This document shows, piece by piece, positions 32,400 through 46,500 of a DNA stretch of 64,000 nucleotides; positions within the stretch are counted from its first letter, which is position 1, and every line of letters starts with the position of its first letter. The position numbers and the translations under genes were made by a program. This DNA is from the human T2T-CHM13v2.0 reference genome, Homo sapiens. The stretch lies in assembly GCF_009914755.1 (NCBI RefSeq), contig NC_060928.1. The stretch is one strand, 5' to 3'. The notes beneath the pieces were generated by a model. That model ran no database searches. It had not been told where the DNA came from and saw nothing but the letters and a program-made list of their open reading frames with translations.

Positions 32400-34370
32400 C
32401 TTCTCAAGATGTTATTATCATCTTAAACATTTATGCTATTCATGTATTTACTCTTTTTGATGACTTTTGTTTATTACTGTATTGTCATGCTTATTTTAAA
32501 GAATAATTTCTCTTCTTCCTGAAGATCTGCTTTTGGTATTTATTTTAGTGACTGTTGGTGAAAAATTTTCACAATTTTGTCTATGTGATAGGCAGAATAA
32601 TGGTCCCAGAAGATGATCACACCCTAATCCTCAGAACCTGTGAATGTGTTACCTTTCCTGACAAATGGGACTTTGTAAATGTGATTAAAAATATTTACCT
32701 TGAGATAAGGAGATCATCCTAGATTATCCAGAGGATCCAATCTAATCACATGAGTCTTTAGAAGTGGAGCACCCTTGACAGTTTCAGGAAACCAAAGGGG
32801 TAGCAGCTTGGGAAAGATTTGGACAACTGTTGCTGATGTTGAAGATGGAGGAAGGAATATGGAGGACCTCTAGAACTTTGATAAGGCAAGAACATGGATT
32901 CTCTCCTAGAGTCTCCAAAACTGAATGCATCCCTGCCAACATCAAGGTTATAACACAGCAGGACTAACGTTGGGCTTCTGATCCATAAAATTGTAAGATT
33001 ATAAATTTGGATTGTTTATGCCTTCAAATTTGTGGCAACTTATTATGGCAACAAGAAAATACTAATGCAGTTTGCAATACCTTTACTTTCATTTTTGAGG
33101 CAAGTTTTTGGTGACATTTAAATTCTAGGTTGGCAAATACTTTTCCCCACAATTTAGAAGTCATTCCATTATCTTCTGGCTTCCATCATTTCTGTTTAAA
33201 AATCAACTATTTTTCTTAGCACTATAGCTCCTCCTTTGAAAATAACCTACCTTTTGTTGCCTGGTTTAGTCTTTTTTTTTTTTTAAGTTTGACTTAAAAT
33301 TTAAAATATTGTTAGATATTGTTTATTCTTTTTTTAAAAAAATACTGTAATTTGCCTAGGTTTTTTGGTATTTATCCTGTTATGGTTTCCCTACACTCTA
33401 AATCTGCTGTATAATATCTCATTGGCTTTGAAAAATAATTTCTCAGGATCTGTTCAAATATATTTTTGTTCAATCCTTTCTCTTTCTCTCACCTACTATG
33501 GAACTCAAGTTTCAAGGATGTTACACATCTGTATTGTGCACTAGATATTTGCTATACTTGATTTTTGTATTTTGCATCCTTTTTTTCTCTCTATGTCTCA
33601 TACTAAATATGTTCTACTGCTCTATCTTCTCATTCATGAATCCTATCTTCTATTTTGTTTAATCTTCTGTTAAAAAATCTATTCAGCTCTTAATATCTGT
33701 TATTTTCTTTTTCAGTATTAAGATTTCCATTGATTTCATCTCACATATTTAAGTTCTATGTCAATATTATCTCTTTCCACCTATTTTAACATATTAATCT
33801 TACTTAAGGTCTCTGTTGGGTAATTCTAATAACCGTTTCATCCAAGGTGAATAGATATATATTTAAATTTTCTATCTTTCTTCTCTTTGGGGTCATTTGG
33901 TTCTGTTTACAGTAGTTACTTAATGAAATGCTAGATATTGCACGTGAAGAATTCTAGAGATTCTGAAGATGTCTCTGAGATTTACTTTTCTTCTGGCCAG
34001 TAGCTAGAATATGGTCCTATCACCTTAATCAGTCAAGGCTATTTTTCACTGGCCCTTACTTCTAGGGTATTGCCCTTTAAGGCTCTCAAGAAAGCCTGGA
34101 CTGTACTTAGACTTCTCTTTCTTCATTGCTCAGATTTCAGTTTTATTCCCCAAGCTCCATAAAACTGATTGTTTTTATTTAGTTTATCAGCCTCTCAGAA
34201 ATGTCTCTCTGAAATCTTGTCTTTCAAATCCTGATTACCTAGGTTGTTCTCTGCATCTTTAAATAACTGTTTTTTTTTCCTTTGTGTTTTATCCAGATTT
34301 TATAGTTGGTTCTAGTGAGAGGTTTAGCCTGATACCAGCTATTCCATTAAAGCCAGAAGCAGAAGTGATT
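32400..34370 (-). mobile_element. Ancient L1M 5'/ORF1 relic interrupted by MLT1D
   Basis: T-rich strand, aattctaggttggc..cattccattatcttctggcttccatcatttctg. Confidence 0.6.
32584..33069 (+). mobile_element. MLT1D solo LTR
   Basis: tgtgataggcagaataatggtccc..cctaatcctcagaacctgtgaat..actaatgca. Confidence 0.8.
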
Positions 34371-35574
34371 AAGGCACTATGCTTTATCCCTGTATGTACT
34401 TAAGGTTTAAGGGAATGTTGTCAAATAGTAGATGACTGGATATTTGGACCAATTTGCATAACCCTCATTAGAACTGCACTTACTGAATTATGCTTTGATT
34501 TTATGCCATCTCTCTACACTATTGGGTACTAAAAATTAATAGTCCTATGAAAAGTATTATGATATTATTGTTAGATATGTTCTTGAGGAACTTCCTTATT
34601 ATGACAGTAGTGTCCTCTCTAGTAGTTCACTCATGAAACACACTCATGTGGCTGTACTGCCAAGAATAGTTGTCCTTTGTCATATCAATTGATCTGTTTT
34701 TATTTCTGAATTTACTATGTTCTGTAACTGCCCAGGGTTTTGTTTTGTTTTCACATTTGGTCGATAGAAAGGTTAGAGGACATTTGTAGTCTATTCATAT
34801 TAAGTCTCTATGATATATGATTTAGCTTTATTCCTCACTACTTTTTATGGTCCATCCTTTTTTTTTGTTCCTGTTATACCTGCTTAGAATATTTGATTTT
34901 ATTTTATGTATTTTTGGTTGTCACCTCAGGTTTTTAATGGAAAAAGATAGAGTACAAGTAAATTATTTGACTTTGTACAAAGTGTTTTCTGTAACATATA
35001 TTCTTTCTCAAAACTGTCCTTGACCACATTTACATCGGTAAGAGTGCTTTGGTAAATATAACATATACATATATAATAAATATTTTATATTTTAAATAAT
35101 ACATTTATGCATTTATTTAGCTATTTAATATCTAATAAAATAGTACAAATATTAATTAACCCTGCCATGACTACAATAGATAAGGAAACCAAGACACAGA
35201 ATTAGACAGCATGTGAAAAGTTAAAATCCGAGCCAAGTATCTTTATTCCACGTAATGTGAGTAGAAAATAATACATACATAGAAGTGGCTTTGTCTATTA
35301 AAAAAAAAACATGCCAAGACCTTCGATGCTTATTCCTGCCGTCTTTCTCCCTTGCTCATGAGAGTCTTCAATTAAACAGTACAAATATTTTCTTAAGTAT
35401 GATAATACCATTTTATTTTAGCTTAGTACTTACAAATCCTTTCTTTGCTTATCACCACACTTTTTGTAAAATAAGAACCCTTTAATTTGCCTTTCACACA
35501 TTTCTGCTTAAAGGTACACCTTCAAATGGATCAAACTTAATTGCATTGTGGCCCTTAGCTAGTTCAAATTCCTC

Positions 35575-35735
35575 AATCAATTCACCTCAGACTCATCTTC
35601 TTTCAAGACTAAACAACCCCATTTTTCTTAATCTCTTCTCATATGTTCAGTAATCCCTTCCATTTCATTTATCATTTCTGTTGCCCTATGCTCTCTCCAA
35701 TTTAGCTATAATGTTCTTCAAATAAGGTCCTCTAT
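35575..35735 (-). mobile_element. L3/CR1 fragment
   Basis: tcttctttcaagactaaacaaccccatttttcttaatctcttctcata..atcatttctgttgccct. Confidence 0.65.
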
Positions 35736-36754
35736 CAGATGGGCACATGCTTAAAACTTCCCCTTCTACACTCATATTAGGCCAACTAAGAAGCTGCTCT
35801 GGTAATTTCAGTTTGCATGGTTATTATAAGTCCCAAATCAATGAAATTTTAAAGGCAATATTCTAAAGACCTGGGAACAAATGACATTTCCTAAGTTAAT
35901 ATTTTAAGATGCTATGGTGTTTTGCCTAAAAAAAGAAATGCTGTGTCTTCAAAGCCCCCAAAATGAAGTGCTTTGCCGGCAATATGGACTTTGTGATATC
36001 CATATTGAAGAGCTAATTTGCAATTTCAGGAGGCAATGCCATCATTGTAAATGATTAAATATAGTTCCTTTTTCCAAAATGCCCAATTACTCTTTTCAAG
36101 AGGTTATCTATCATTATCAAGGAGATGAGTTTGACGTGAATTCAGGGTCTTTGTATTAGCGAATCAAATTCATCATAAGATGATACCTGCTTGAAAAATA
36201 AATAAATAAACAAAAATGTAAATGTTACCTAAGGATATTAGTCTGAAGCTCTCTAAGGCATCTCTATTAAAAAAAAAAAAAAAGAAACATTGGTATGAGA
36301 AGCATCAATTACAAAAACCCCTGAGTGATAAACAGCTACTTTCATGTAAAGAGTAATTGCTGTCTCCAGAGTTGACCCAGAGAATCTCTGTGGGGAGTGA
36401 ATGTAATAGTGTAGCTGAAGCCATATGCCATGGGCATCTCTATGCACTGATGGAAAAGACTCATTTGGGAATGAGTTGGAGGAAATCGTGCCTGTTCATA
36501 CAAAATAATCTTGCCATTCTTCGATAAAGAACACAAATTCTATAATTAGATTCTTAAGGGAATGACACAGTGGTAAGAACAGTAGTTGGGCAAAACAGAT
36601 CACTGGTTAGACCTTGAGAGCAAGTGCTCAAATGAGACAGGCAGCAAGAGCATGGCTGAGCAGTCAGTTTAAAAGGCTTGGCTTATAGACGCTGACAATG
36701 GTGCTAAGCATTTCAAATGCATTTGGCCATTCTGACACTTGAAAGTCAAGAGAA

Positions 36755-37280
36755 TGACTAGCTTTGTATTGTTTAGTGGCAAGGGACAGAGTACCAATTT
36801 TACTAGTTTAAAGGAAAAAAATGATAATTTGTTGGCTCTGGCAACTGAAAAATTTGATCATGTTCTGGTTTCAGACACAGATGGATCCACAGGAAATCAA
36901 ATGGTATCCTCAGTACTCAGTCTTCATCTATCTCTTTACTATGCTTTTCTCTGTTGTTCCCACTGTTAGGCAGGGTCTCCACTCATGTTGGCAAGAGAGC
37001 TGCTAGCAGCTCCAAGGTTATTTCTACATCCTAGCCTCTCAGCAACTCAGTAGAAAGAGTCCGTTTTTTTTTTCCTAATCATTTTAAAAGAAGTCCAGAG
37101 TGAGTCTCACTGACTCTGAGTGGTCTGGCTTGGTTCGTATGTCCACCCCTGGGTTACCCCTAAGCCCTACTCAAGTCACCTTCTTAAGGCCAAAAGATGA
37201 CCTCCTCCAAGTTGTCCCACAGGATCACATTAATATTTCTCAATGGAAGAATCATGGTGTTGATTAGAAAAAGAAATGAA
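36755..37280 (-). mobile_element. Old MLT1 (K/J-like) LTR
   Basis: aatttgttggctctggcaactgaaaa..agatggatcc..tctcactgactctg..tatgtccacccctg. Confidence 0.5.
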
Positions 37281-38193
37281 TGAAAACAAAGAGAAAAAAA
37301 AGCCCTGTTTAATTCACCATAGAATGTAAAGGAAAAGAACTACTTTGGGAAACCCCATAGGACTATAAAAAGTAGAGAATGCAATCCCTCTCCACATCTA
37401 AATACTTATGCGTCTTTATGACTACCACACTGCCCCAGAAATGTTTAAAATGTTATTGAGAACAAAAATCCCAATGGATGTCTTTGGTCATTTCTTAGCT
37501 TAAATTTAAGATTGGCAACAGACACAAGGTCAGTTACATCAACAACCCTAGAAATCACTCATGTTTTCTCCTTTGCTTATTTCTTTGTTGTAAAGGATAG
37601 GCGCATCCTGCTAAATGATTTATAAACTATATCCCATTTAATAATTGAAACAGTTCTGGAAGGCACTAATATTGATAGCTTTTTACACGTAAGGAAACTT
37701 GGTCACAGGAGGTTAAGTGGCTTCTTTGTGGCTCCACAACCATTGATGGCAAAACTGGGATTAAGACACCAATTTATTTGACCCCTTTTCTACATAATGC
37801 TGACCTCACCGCTCTAAATTAGCAACACCATTTGAAAAGCATGGAAAGTAAACTCTAGTTTTATTGTTAAAAGTAAAGCTCTTTTTATAATCACCGTATG
37901 CAATACTCCAAATCTTTAGTTTACAATTGTTGCTAGCCTTTACATAACCATTTGAAGAAAATAAGAGTTTATTCAGAGCTCTGCATTTCTGAGTTCTGTT
38001 CAGGTTGGCAGTCATTACTGGATTAAGGCATGTGGTTATGAGTGCAGTCTAAGAGATTGGACAGTATTAGTTCAAAACTCATTTCTACCACTTTCTGGAC
38101 GTATGAATTCAAAGGTTTTTTAACCTCTGTTTTCAATTTTTCCAAATATTAAATTGGTCTGATATTTGTACCTATTCCTGATAGCAATTTTGA

Positions 38194-38572
<379 letters not shown>

Positions 38573-39187
38573 AGGTTTATTATTAGTGTTATTTATTGTT
38601 TTATATTGTTGTTGCTGCTGTTATTATTATTAAAAGCAACATTATATGACATAGTTATCAGAACCCAACAAATCAGAAAGCAGAGTCTATGTGTTCAGGT
38701 TGATAAAAACTGATGTAAGGCAATTTTTTGTTGTTACTGGAGCTTGAAATATACAAATCCAAATATACACATTGGGGATTGATGACTAACATTTATACTT
38801 TAGTCATCAAGAATGGGTTCTCAGCAGGGAAAGAAGTTGAACACTACAAGAACAAAAGAATTGGCCATTCCAATATCATCAACTCTGGGAATTTGTGTAG
38901 TTGCTTACCTTCCTGAAACCTCAGGTTCCACATTTGTACATTTGGGATTATCATATCATTTAAAAAGAGATTTAAATGAAGCAATGTCATAGTTTATGAT
39001 ACATGTGAGGTCCACAACATGACTTAGACGTTAGTTAACTCACATCTTCATGGATACAGGATTCTGTCTGACCTTTCTGACCCTAAATTTTTCTCTTTCC
39101 ATTATCAATGTGTTTCAAAATCATGTATATATATGCATATATATACATATGGCCATTTTCCAGGTAAATAAAATAAAATTTAGAAAG

Positions 39188-39606
39188 TGATATGGTTTGG
39201 ATGTTTGTCTCCTCCAAATCTCATGTTGAAATGTGATTCCCAGTGTTGGAGGTGGGGCCTGGTGGGTGGCAATAGGATCAGGAAGGTGGATCTTTCATTA
39301 ATGGTTTAGTGCCATCCCCTTGGTGAAGAGTGAATTCTCACTCAGTTCATGGGAGACCTGGTTGTTTAAGAGTCTGGGACCTCCCCCTCTTTTCTGTCTT
39401 GCTCCCTGTCTTACCAAGTGACATGCTGGCTTCCTGTCACCCTCTGCAATGATTGTAAGCTTCCTGAGGCCCTCACCAGAAGCAGATGCTGGCATTATGC
39501 TTCCTATACAGCCTGCAGATCGGTGATCCAAAATAAAACCTCTTCTCTTTATAAATTACCCAGTCTCAGGTATGTCTTTATAGCAATGCAAAAATGGACT
39601 AACACA
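39188..39606 (+). mobile_element. MSTB solo LTR
   Basis: tgatatggtttggatgtttgtc..ggactaacaca; TSD gaaag/gaaaa. Confidence 0.88.
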
Positions 39607-39803
39607 GAAAACTTTTAACTTATTTAGGCTACATGTTTTTAAAAAGCAATTGACTTTAACGTATATCATATTTTTCTTCCTCAACTACCTGTTCTAATTT
39701 TTTCTCTATTTTGGCCAACACCTTTGGCTGCTATGAGTGGTTTACTGAATGGAGTGAGCCAAGCCCTCATTCCTGAACCTTGCCATAAATTCCACTCAGT
39801 ATC

Positions 39804-40238
39804 TGCCTTAGACTGAATGTTTTTGTAGCCCCCAAAACTCATGTTAAATTCTAATGCCGATGTTTGGAGGCCCTGCCTCCAAACACCATCACATTGGCGT
39901 TAGAATTTAAGATGAGTTTTAGGGGCTACAAAAAGGAATTAGTGCCCTTATAAAAGAGGTCCCAGAGAGGGCTTTTGCCCTTCTGCCATGGGGGCTACAA
40001 AAGGGAATTAGTTCCCTTATAAAAGAGGTCCCAGAAAGAGTCTTTGCCCCTTCTGCCATGTGTGAACAAGAAGATGGATGTATGTGAAATGCGAAGTGGG
40101 CCCTCGCCAGACACTGAATCTTCTGGGGACTTCGTCTTGGACTTTTCAGCCTCCAGAGTGGTGACAAATAAATGCCTGTCATTTATCAGCCACACAGTTT
40201 ATGTGCTCTTGTTATAGTAGTCTGAATGGACTAAGACA
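39804..40238 (+). mobile_element. MLT1A-type solo LTR, internally rearranged
   Basis: gactgaatg start, gactaagaca end, gtgcccttataaaagagg core present twice. Confidence 0.8.
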
Positions 40239-40259
40239 CTGTCTTTTACCAACATCAAT

Positions 40260-41500
40260 ACCATTAATAACTTAGAGTTGGCCATGGTCCAAGCAGCAGA
40301 GTCACTTGCATGAAGCCCAAATCTGCAACAGAACCCTTTTGTGTTCTGTGCCTCACTCATAGAAGTCTGTCTTTTTAGTCATCCAGAATAGCGACCGGAG
40401 CAATATTACTAAGTATAGAATTGGCTGTTTCCTGAGCCTAAAGACCCCTGTGACATATTTTGCTTCCTTTGTCACTATGTGAGGTTCAAGATGCAATTAT
40501 TTGTCCTCTATTCTGAAAGGTGTGTCACAGCATGTCTCATACCAGTGGAATCCTAAAACCTTCACTGAAATATTGGTCCCTTTAATCTTCATCATTATAT
40601 CCTATTCTCTTGAGGGTTTGTGTCTTACTAAGGCTGGTAATATACTTGCCACTTCTTCTCATTCATACCAATGAGCATGATGTCATCATATAATGGGCAG
40701 CTGTGATGTTCTGAGGTATGTCAAGACAGTCCAGCTTTCTTCAGTCTATACTTTGACAGAATGTGGGAAAGTTTTCACATAGTTCTAGGGCAAATCTATA
40801 AATGCCTGCAGTTGTCTCTTTTACGTAAATACAGGCTGTTTTTGATCTACCCTTTTATTAGGGAAGGCAAAAAAATTAAAAAATCATCCACCAGATCGAT
40901 GGCTGAATACCATGTGCTTGAGGCCATTTCTATCTGCTCTGGCAAATGTGCCATGTGTTGAATTGTCAGTAGCCTACTATTAACTTTCAGAATTCATCTG
41001 ACTTTTATAAGGTACAAATTGATGAATTCAATGGCAATATGATAGAAACCACTATTCTTGTATTTTTTAGGTCTTTAGGTGGCACTATTGTCTGCCATTT
41101 TTCTATTTTTTGGTTTTGTTTTGTTTTTCCATAGCTATCTTGGCAAGAGAGGGAGGCTCAGTTTCAGAGGCTTCCCTTGGCCTTCCTCATTACAGTAGCT
41201 CTTATTCCACAGCTTCTGGAATCTATATGGGGATAAAACTAGTAAGAATGTCTATTCCAATTATGCATTCAAGGACTGGGACATTATCACTGTGCCGCTC
41301 CTTGAACCCACTGGACACACTGTGAACCAGACCTAGGGCAGAACACTTTTTACTACTTGGCTGACATGTGCTTTGTGTTCACTAGGAGGGGACGATAACG
41401 AAGCTTTTGATCCCCAGGTTTCAATGCTAACTCAGAGTCTCCGTTCCTAAAATATTTGTATATCCCTTTCCTTGTTGTGAATGGCCGAAGTTCCCTTTGA
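40260..41500 (-). pseudogene. Degenerate ERVL-class protease/reverse-transcriptase remnant (probably extends to ~42600)
   Basis: Minus strand near 40650-40700 reads cattatatgatgacatcatgctcattggt, a frameshifted HY(I)DDIMLIG motif; flanking sequence resembles HERV-L pol. Confidence 0.6.
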
Positions 41501-41511
41501 GAAATATAGAG

Positions 41512-41837
41512 CAGCAGTCCTCAACTTTTTTGGCACCGGGGACCAGTTTCATAGAAGACAATTTTTCCAAGGTGGGGCTGGGGGGTAGTGTTTTAAGGAT
41601 GAAACTGTTTCACCTCAGATCATCAGGCATTAGATTCTCACGAGGACCGTGCAACCTAGATTCCTCACATGTGCTGTTCACAATAGGGTTCGCGCCTCTA
41701 TCAGAATCTAATGCCACCGTGTATCTGACAGGAGGCGGAGCTCAAGCAGTAATGCTCACTTGACCACTGCTCACCTCCTACTGTGCAGCCCGGTTCCTAA
41801 CTGGTACCAATCTGAGGTCCAGGGGTTGGAACCCCTG
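41512..41837 (+). mobile_element. MER1B (hAT-Charlie)
   Basis: TIRs cagcagtcctcaac / ggttggaacccctg; internal ggatgaaactgtttcacctcagatcatcaggcattagattctca. Confidence 0.88.
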
Positions 41838-43409
41838 GAGAGAAAACAATACTGTAAACATTGCTGTATTGCCACAGTGTTCTAGGAGGCTTTCTCCTGA
41901 AAAGTTGACCTCTCCTCAGTCAGCACTCTGCAGATGTGAAAACTGGCCTTCAATCTAGCAGCTGGGGAGGGGATCATGACTTTTATAGGGTGGCTACTCT
42001 CAGGCTGTTGATGATCCAGTCTTGATTTCTTTTGTTAGAGTAGATCAGCAGTTATTCTTTTGGCTATTGTTTATTTACAATATCCATAGCTCTCTGTAGG
42101 TGATGTCCTCCTGGCTGCCAGTCCAACCCTAGTGCTCTTTGTGATAATTATGCCTAGTTGGCATCTAAGAATTAGACACTGCCACCTGCCCTCTTTTATT
42201 TGGAATCATATTATTCCCAATGCTATAAGAAGCCCAATTTTGTAACAACATATCCAAATACTGAGACTAGCCCTTAGAGGACAACTGTCACTCAGTTTCT
42301 CAATGATGCTGACACCATTTTCACTAGTGACCTCTTTATTACTTTGGCAAATAAAATGTCCTCTGGGCTCTCCCAGAGAACAGTCACCCAGTGTTCAAGC
42401 TTACATAGTATATCAACCCTAACATGCCCACTTCTTGGAGCTTTTTGAGCTCTTCTTCCATAGTCTCACATGAGAGTTATAGTATACCTAATTCATTCAA
42501 TGTGGACCATAACTTTAAGCTTCTAAGAACTATTCTAGCAGTATGTTAGCACAGCCTCCTATGCCTAGGCAAGGGTGTTAAATCCTGTACTCCAGGAATA
42601 CACTCACAACTAATATGGCATTTACAATCATGCCAATCTGATTTCAAACCCAATGTTCTTTGATTCATTTTCCCTTATTTAGAAAGTTTTGCATTTTTCT
42701 AATTTATGTAGATAATAGACAGTTTAACATCTTTCTTAGGAGTAATTTGTGTTGTTTTTTAACATAAAGTCTTAATATAAATGCTCTTTGCCAATGTTTG
42801 CTCCAAAATGAAGAAAGAATGAGTATGAATACTCACTTTCCTAGCTGATTTCTGTGAATTGCCCTCATATGCATATGGGGGAATATAATTAAGATAACTT
42901 TGATTTTTATGAGATTCAATAGGTTCCTTCTGAGTGTCTGGAATAGATTAAGAGGTCAATCAGTTTTATAGGTTAATAAAAGATTAAATACTCATAAGCA
43001 AATAAAAGATTGAATTTAAAATCTAATTTGCTGGCTCTGTTCACTGATCAATACCAAACATCTAGAGCAGTGCCTGGCACATGGTACATAGTACTCAGCA
43101 AATTATTTGTTGTAAGAATGACCAGTAGGGAATGGTGGTTATATGTTTGCATATGTGTGTGTATATATGTATATATATAGTCTTAATTTACATCATTTTA
43201 ATTAATATATGCTTATCTTAAAATATTTAAATAATATAGGTACCTATAGTGAAATTTGTATTTTACCCAAACTCAATTTATTTAATTCATTCACGTAAGA
43301 GTCTTTCAAGTGGCAATGCCTGTACAATGTGCAGCAGACACAATACTTAGCAAAAATAGACTTTTTCTCAAAGTAACCACTGTTATTAGACTGGTGTTTA
43401 TCCTTCTGG

Positions 43410-43552
43410 ATTTTTGTTTTTTGATTGAGACAGGATCTCACTCCATTTCCCAGACAGTGGTGTGATCATGACTCTTCTTCAATTCCAAGCTATCTTCCTA
43501 CCTCAGACTCCCAAAACGCTGGGATTATAAGGATGAGCCACTGCTCCTGACC
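43410..43552 (-). mobile_element. Deleted AluJ/FLAM fragment
   Basis: gagacaggatctcactc..cccaaaacgctgggattataaggatgagccactg. Confidence 0.7.
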
Positions 43553-46500
43553 ATCTATTTTCAAACACACACACATTCATGTCAGTTACATATTATTTCA
43601 TATAAGTGAAATGAAACTCTACATACGATTCTGCAGCAAGTTTCAGGGTTGAACTAGGATATCCAAACTTCTTTCTGTCATGGCAAACATAGAAAATAAC
43701 AACATATGCCTCACCAAGATAGACAGGTTATAACTTAATATAGACATTTTCTTTTTAAAATGAATTCTTCAGTAACATAATACCAAATCATGAAATAATA
43801 TTTTAATAAGATATTAGATTAAGATTGCTAAGTTTTAATCTATAATTTTTGTCTACCTAAGTATTATTGAATAGTAGGTTTTTAAATTTTTTTATCTATC
43901 CTTTTCCAATGTTGGCATAAGAATTATAACAGCTTTATAGAATGAGTTGAGAAGCTCTGCATTTTATCCTAAGAATTGGGATAGTTTTTATATGAATGAA
44001 GGACTTATTTGCTTACAACGTATAAGCGCCTCACCTATAAAACTGTCTTGGTTTATTGCCTCTAGTGGGAGCAGGGGATGGGGAATGGTAGAATGTGATC
44101 TGAATCTTTCCTGTGATTTTCAGCCTGTTAAGATTACTTTTCTCCTCTGGAATCAATTTTGGTCACTTGTATTTTTCCAGAAAAATCATCCATTTCATCT
44201 TGATTTTAAAATTCCATTTTTCAGGCTTTTTTCTCCGTAGCTTATATCAACTTTCTGATTTAAAGTGAGTTTGTGATTTCTCTCTCTATCATCTTGACTG
44301 GACTGTTACTGCAGCAAGCTTCTCCCTTGAATGAGAGGGCTAGCAGAGTGCTGTATCTGGTAGGCAGGGCCTGTTAGCAAGCTGACTTCCTTAGGGTTTG
44401 TGAATTGATCAGAAACAGGCGTGAAATTCACTCCCTCCCACAAAATCTCCAGGGGAAGCTTGCCTTTACTCTGAATAAAACACATCAATGTGTTTCACAC
44501 TTTCGATACTAGGTGAAGCTTCCTTTTCTTTTTTCTTTATTATTATTATTATTATTAATTATCTTTTTGGATCTATTACAAAGGTTGGAAATCATAACAC
44601 ACTCTGGTTTATCAGCCCTGCCTGACACATGGCTAAGAGCTCTCACCAGAAATACATCTTAGTTTTAGCTAAGGGTCCTGTGCTGCGGGCAGCCACTGGA
44701 CTGACTCTTCCATAGCGAAGCCCCAACACTTCCCTCATTATCACCCCACTGTTCATGCTGTCCCTGCCTCTTCATTGTGGAGCTAAGCTTCCTCCTAGTC
44801 CTCACTGGTAAAAACTCCTCTTGCCTCCAAAGTTGTGATTTTCTCTGGTTTAATTTCTGCATTAATTTGATTTCTTATGCTTTGTAACTTCCAGAATTTT
44901 TCAAAATTTCTATTTTGCGAATAGCATTCTTTTCTCTGTTCCAGGTCTGTGACAAATGTGTACAACTTTTACAATATTTACCTCACCCTTGAAATTTATC
45001 ATTAATGGTCATTTTGTTATCCTGTTGAATTAAGGAAACTCTTGGGAAGCTAGAGATGACATTTGCATCACATTCACTTCCTAAATGCATCTATTCATGT
45101 GGGAATTATAAGTAATTTTGTAGTTCTACTTATACAACTATGTAATTTGTGCATAATTTATAAAATTTGTCCTAGTTCTTTGAAGAATCATTTTCAAAAT
45201 CTTTCATATTCTAGTAAAAACTGCCACTTTGGCAGCCTGATGGGGACCTTGTTTGGAGATGGTGATTGGAAAACATTCCTACCACCATACAAAGGGTTCC
45301 TGATGTATGTCAGCACTTTGTGATTTTAAAGTATGTGCATATTTCACCACCCAGATTCCCACTCACGAAAAGTGACATGTGGACTTTTAGGCTCCCTGCT
45401 CCAGGGACTCTCCTCCCACTCAGACCATGAAGTCCTTTCAGATTTCAGCAGCATTACTCATCTTGATTATGCCACCAGTCTCTTTGATGGGAGGCTCACC
45501 TGCTTCCTTTAAGAATAAGGATGCGATTTAAGGTTTAACTTCCAACATTTAAGGCACTTAAGGTGCCAGGTCCAATTTATTTACAGCTTCTGATCGATGA
45601 GTACTTTCTGTATGGAGCATGCACTTCGGGCCAGGATTACTTCCCTCCAGTTCCCTCACACATCCCTATTCACATGTGAAGTGGGCACCCTTTCCCAAAA
45701 CTACCCAATACCATGGCTATTTGTTGGTGTCTGACCTAAGCAAGATCTTTGATTTTTCACTTATTGAAATTCCAGTAGTCTAACTGGAGAAGTGTTTGAA
45801 GAGTATATGCAGGAAAAATGTTAAAACTTGAGCCCCTTAGGAAAATTCAATGCACATTTGCCACTGTGAAATCCAACTTTTATTAAGGTTTTAAAAATGC
45901 TATATAATCTGGTTTGGGGTTTGGGGCCGACCGAACAAGTAAACCAAAATGGTTAATGGGAGGTAGAAAATTTTCTGCCTTTGAACAATATTGGTTGTGT
46001 TTTGTTAACGACTCTTGCGATTTTTAATGTAATTCTCCTGGGAAGAAAGCAGGGTGTTTGTGGTGTAACAATGCCTAGGCAGGGACAAGTGTGGTGTGCC
46101 CTTTAAGTCTCAGTTTGTCATTAGGAGCTGTCTGACCTTTGTCATCTCACCTGTCTGGCCATGAGCTTCTACAGCTGTGAAATAAGCTTTAAGTTTCCTT
46201 TCATTTCTAAGAATCTGTTGTCTGTGCTACTGATTGTGTTTTTTGTTTTATGATTAGGCTCTGAGAAAGTTATGAAAATTCCCATACAAGTAAATAGACA
46301 ATCATAATAATGACAAAAACAAAAATTAGAATCTACAACTTCATTTTTCCCCCTAGCAAGTCTGTAGTTATTCCAGTATTGTCTACAGGTATCTGATTTT
46401 ATGGGAGTGCCATATTTAAACATTCATTATCAACTCATGCAATCAGACTTAAGTGCACCTAAGTACACCATCTGTCTTTTTCTTTCTCATATATTCCTCT

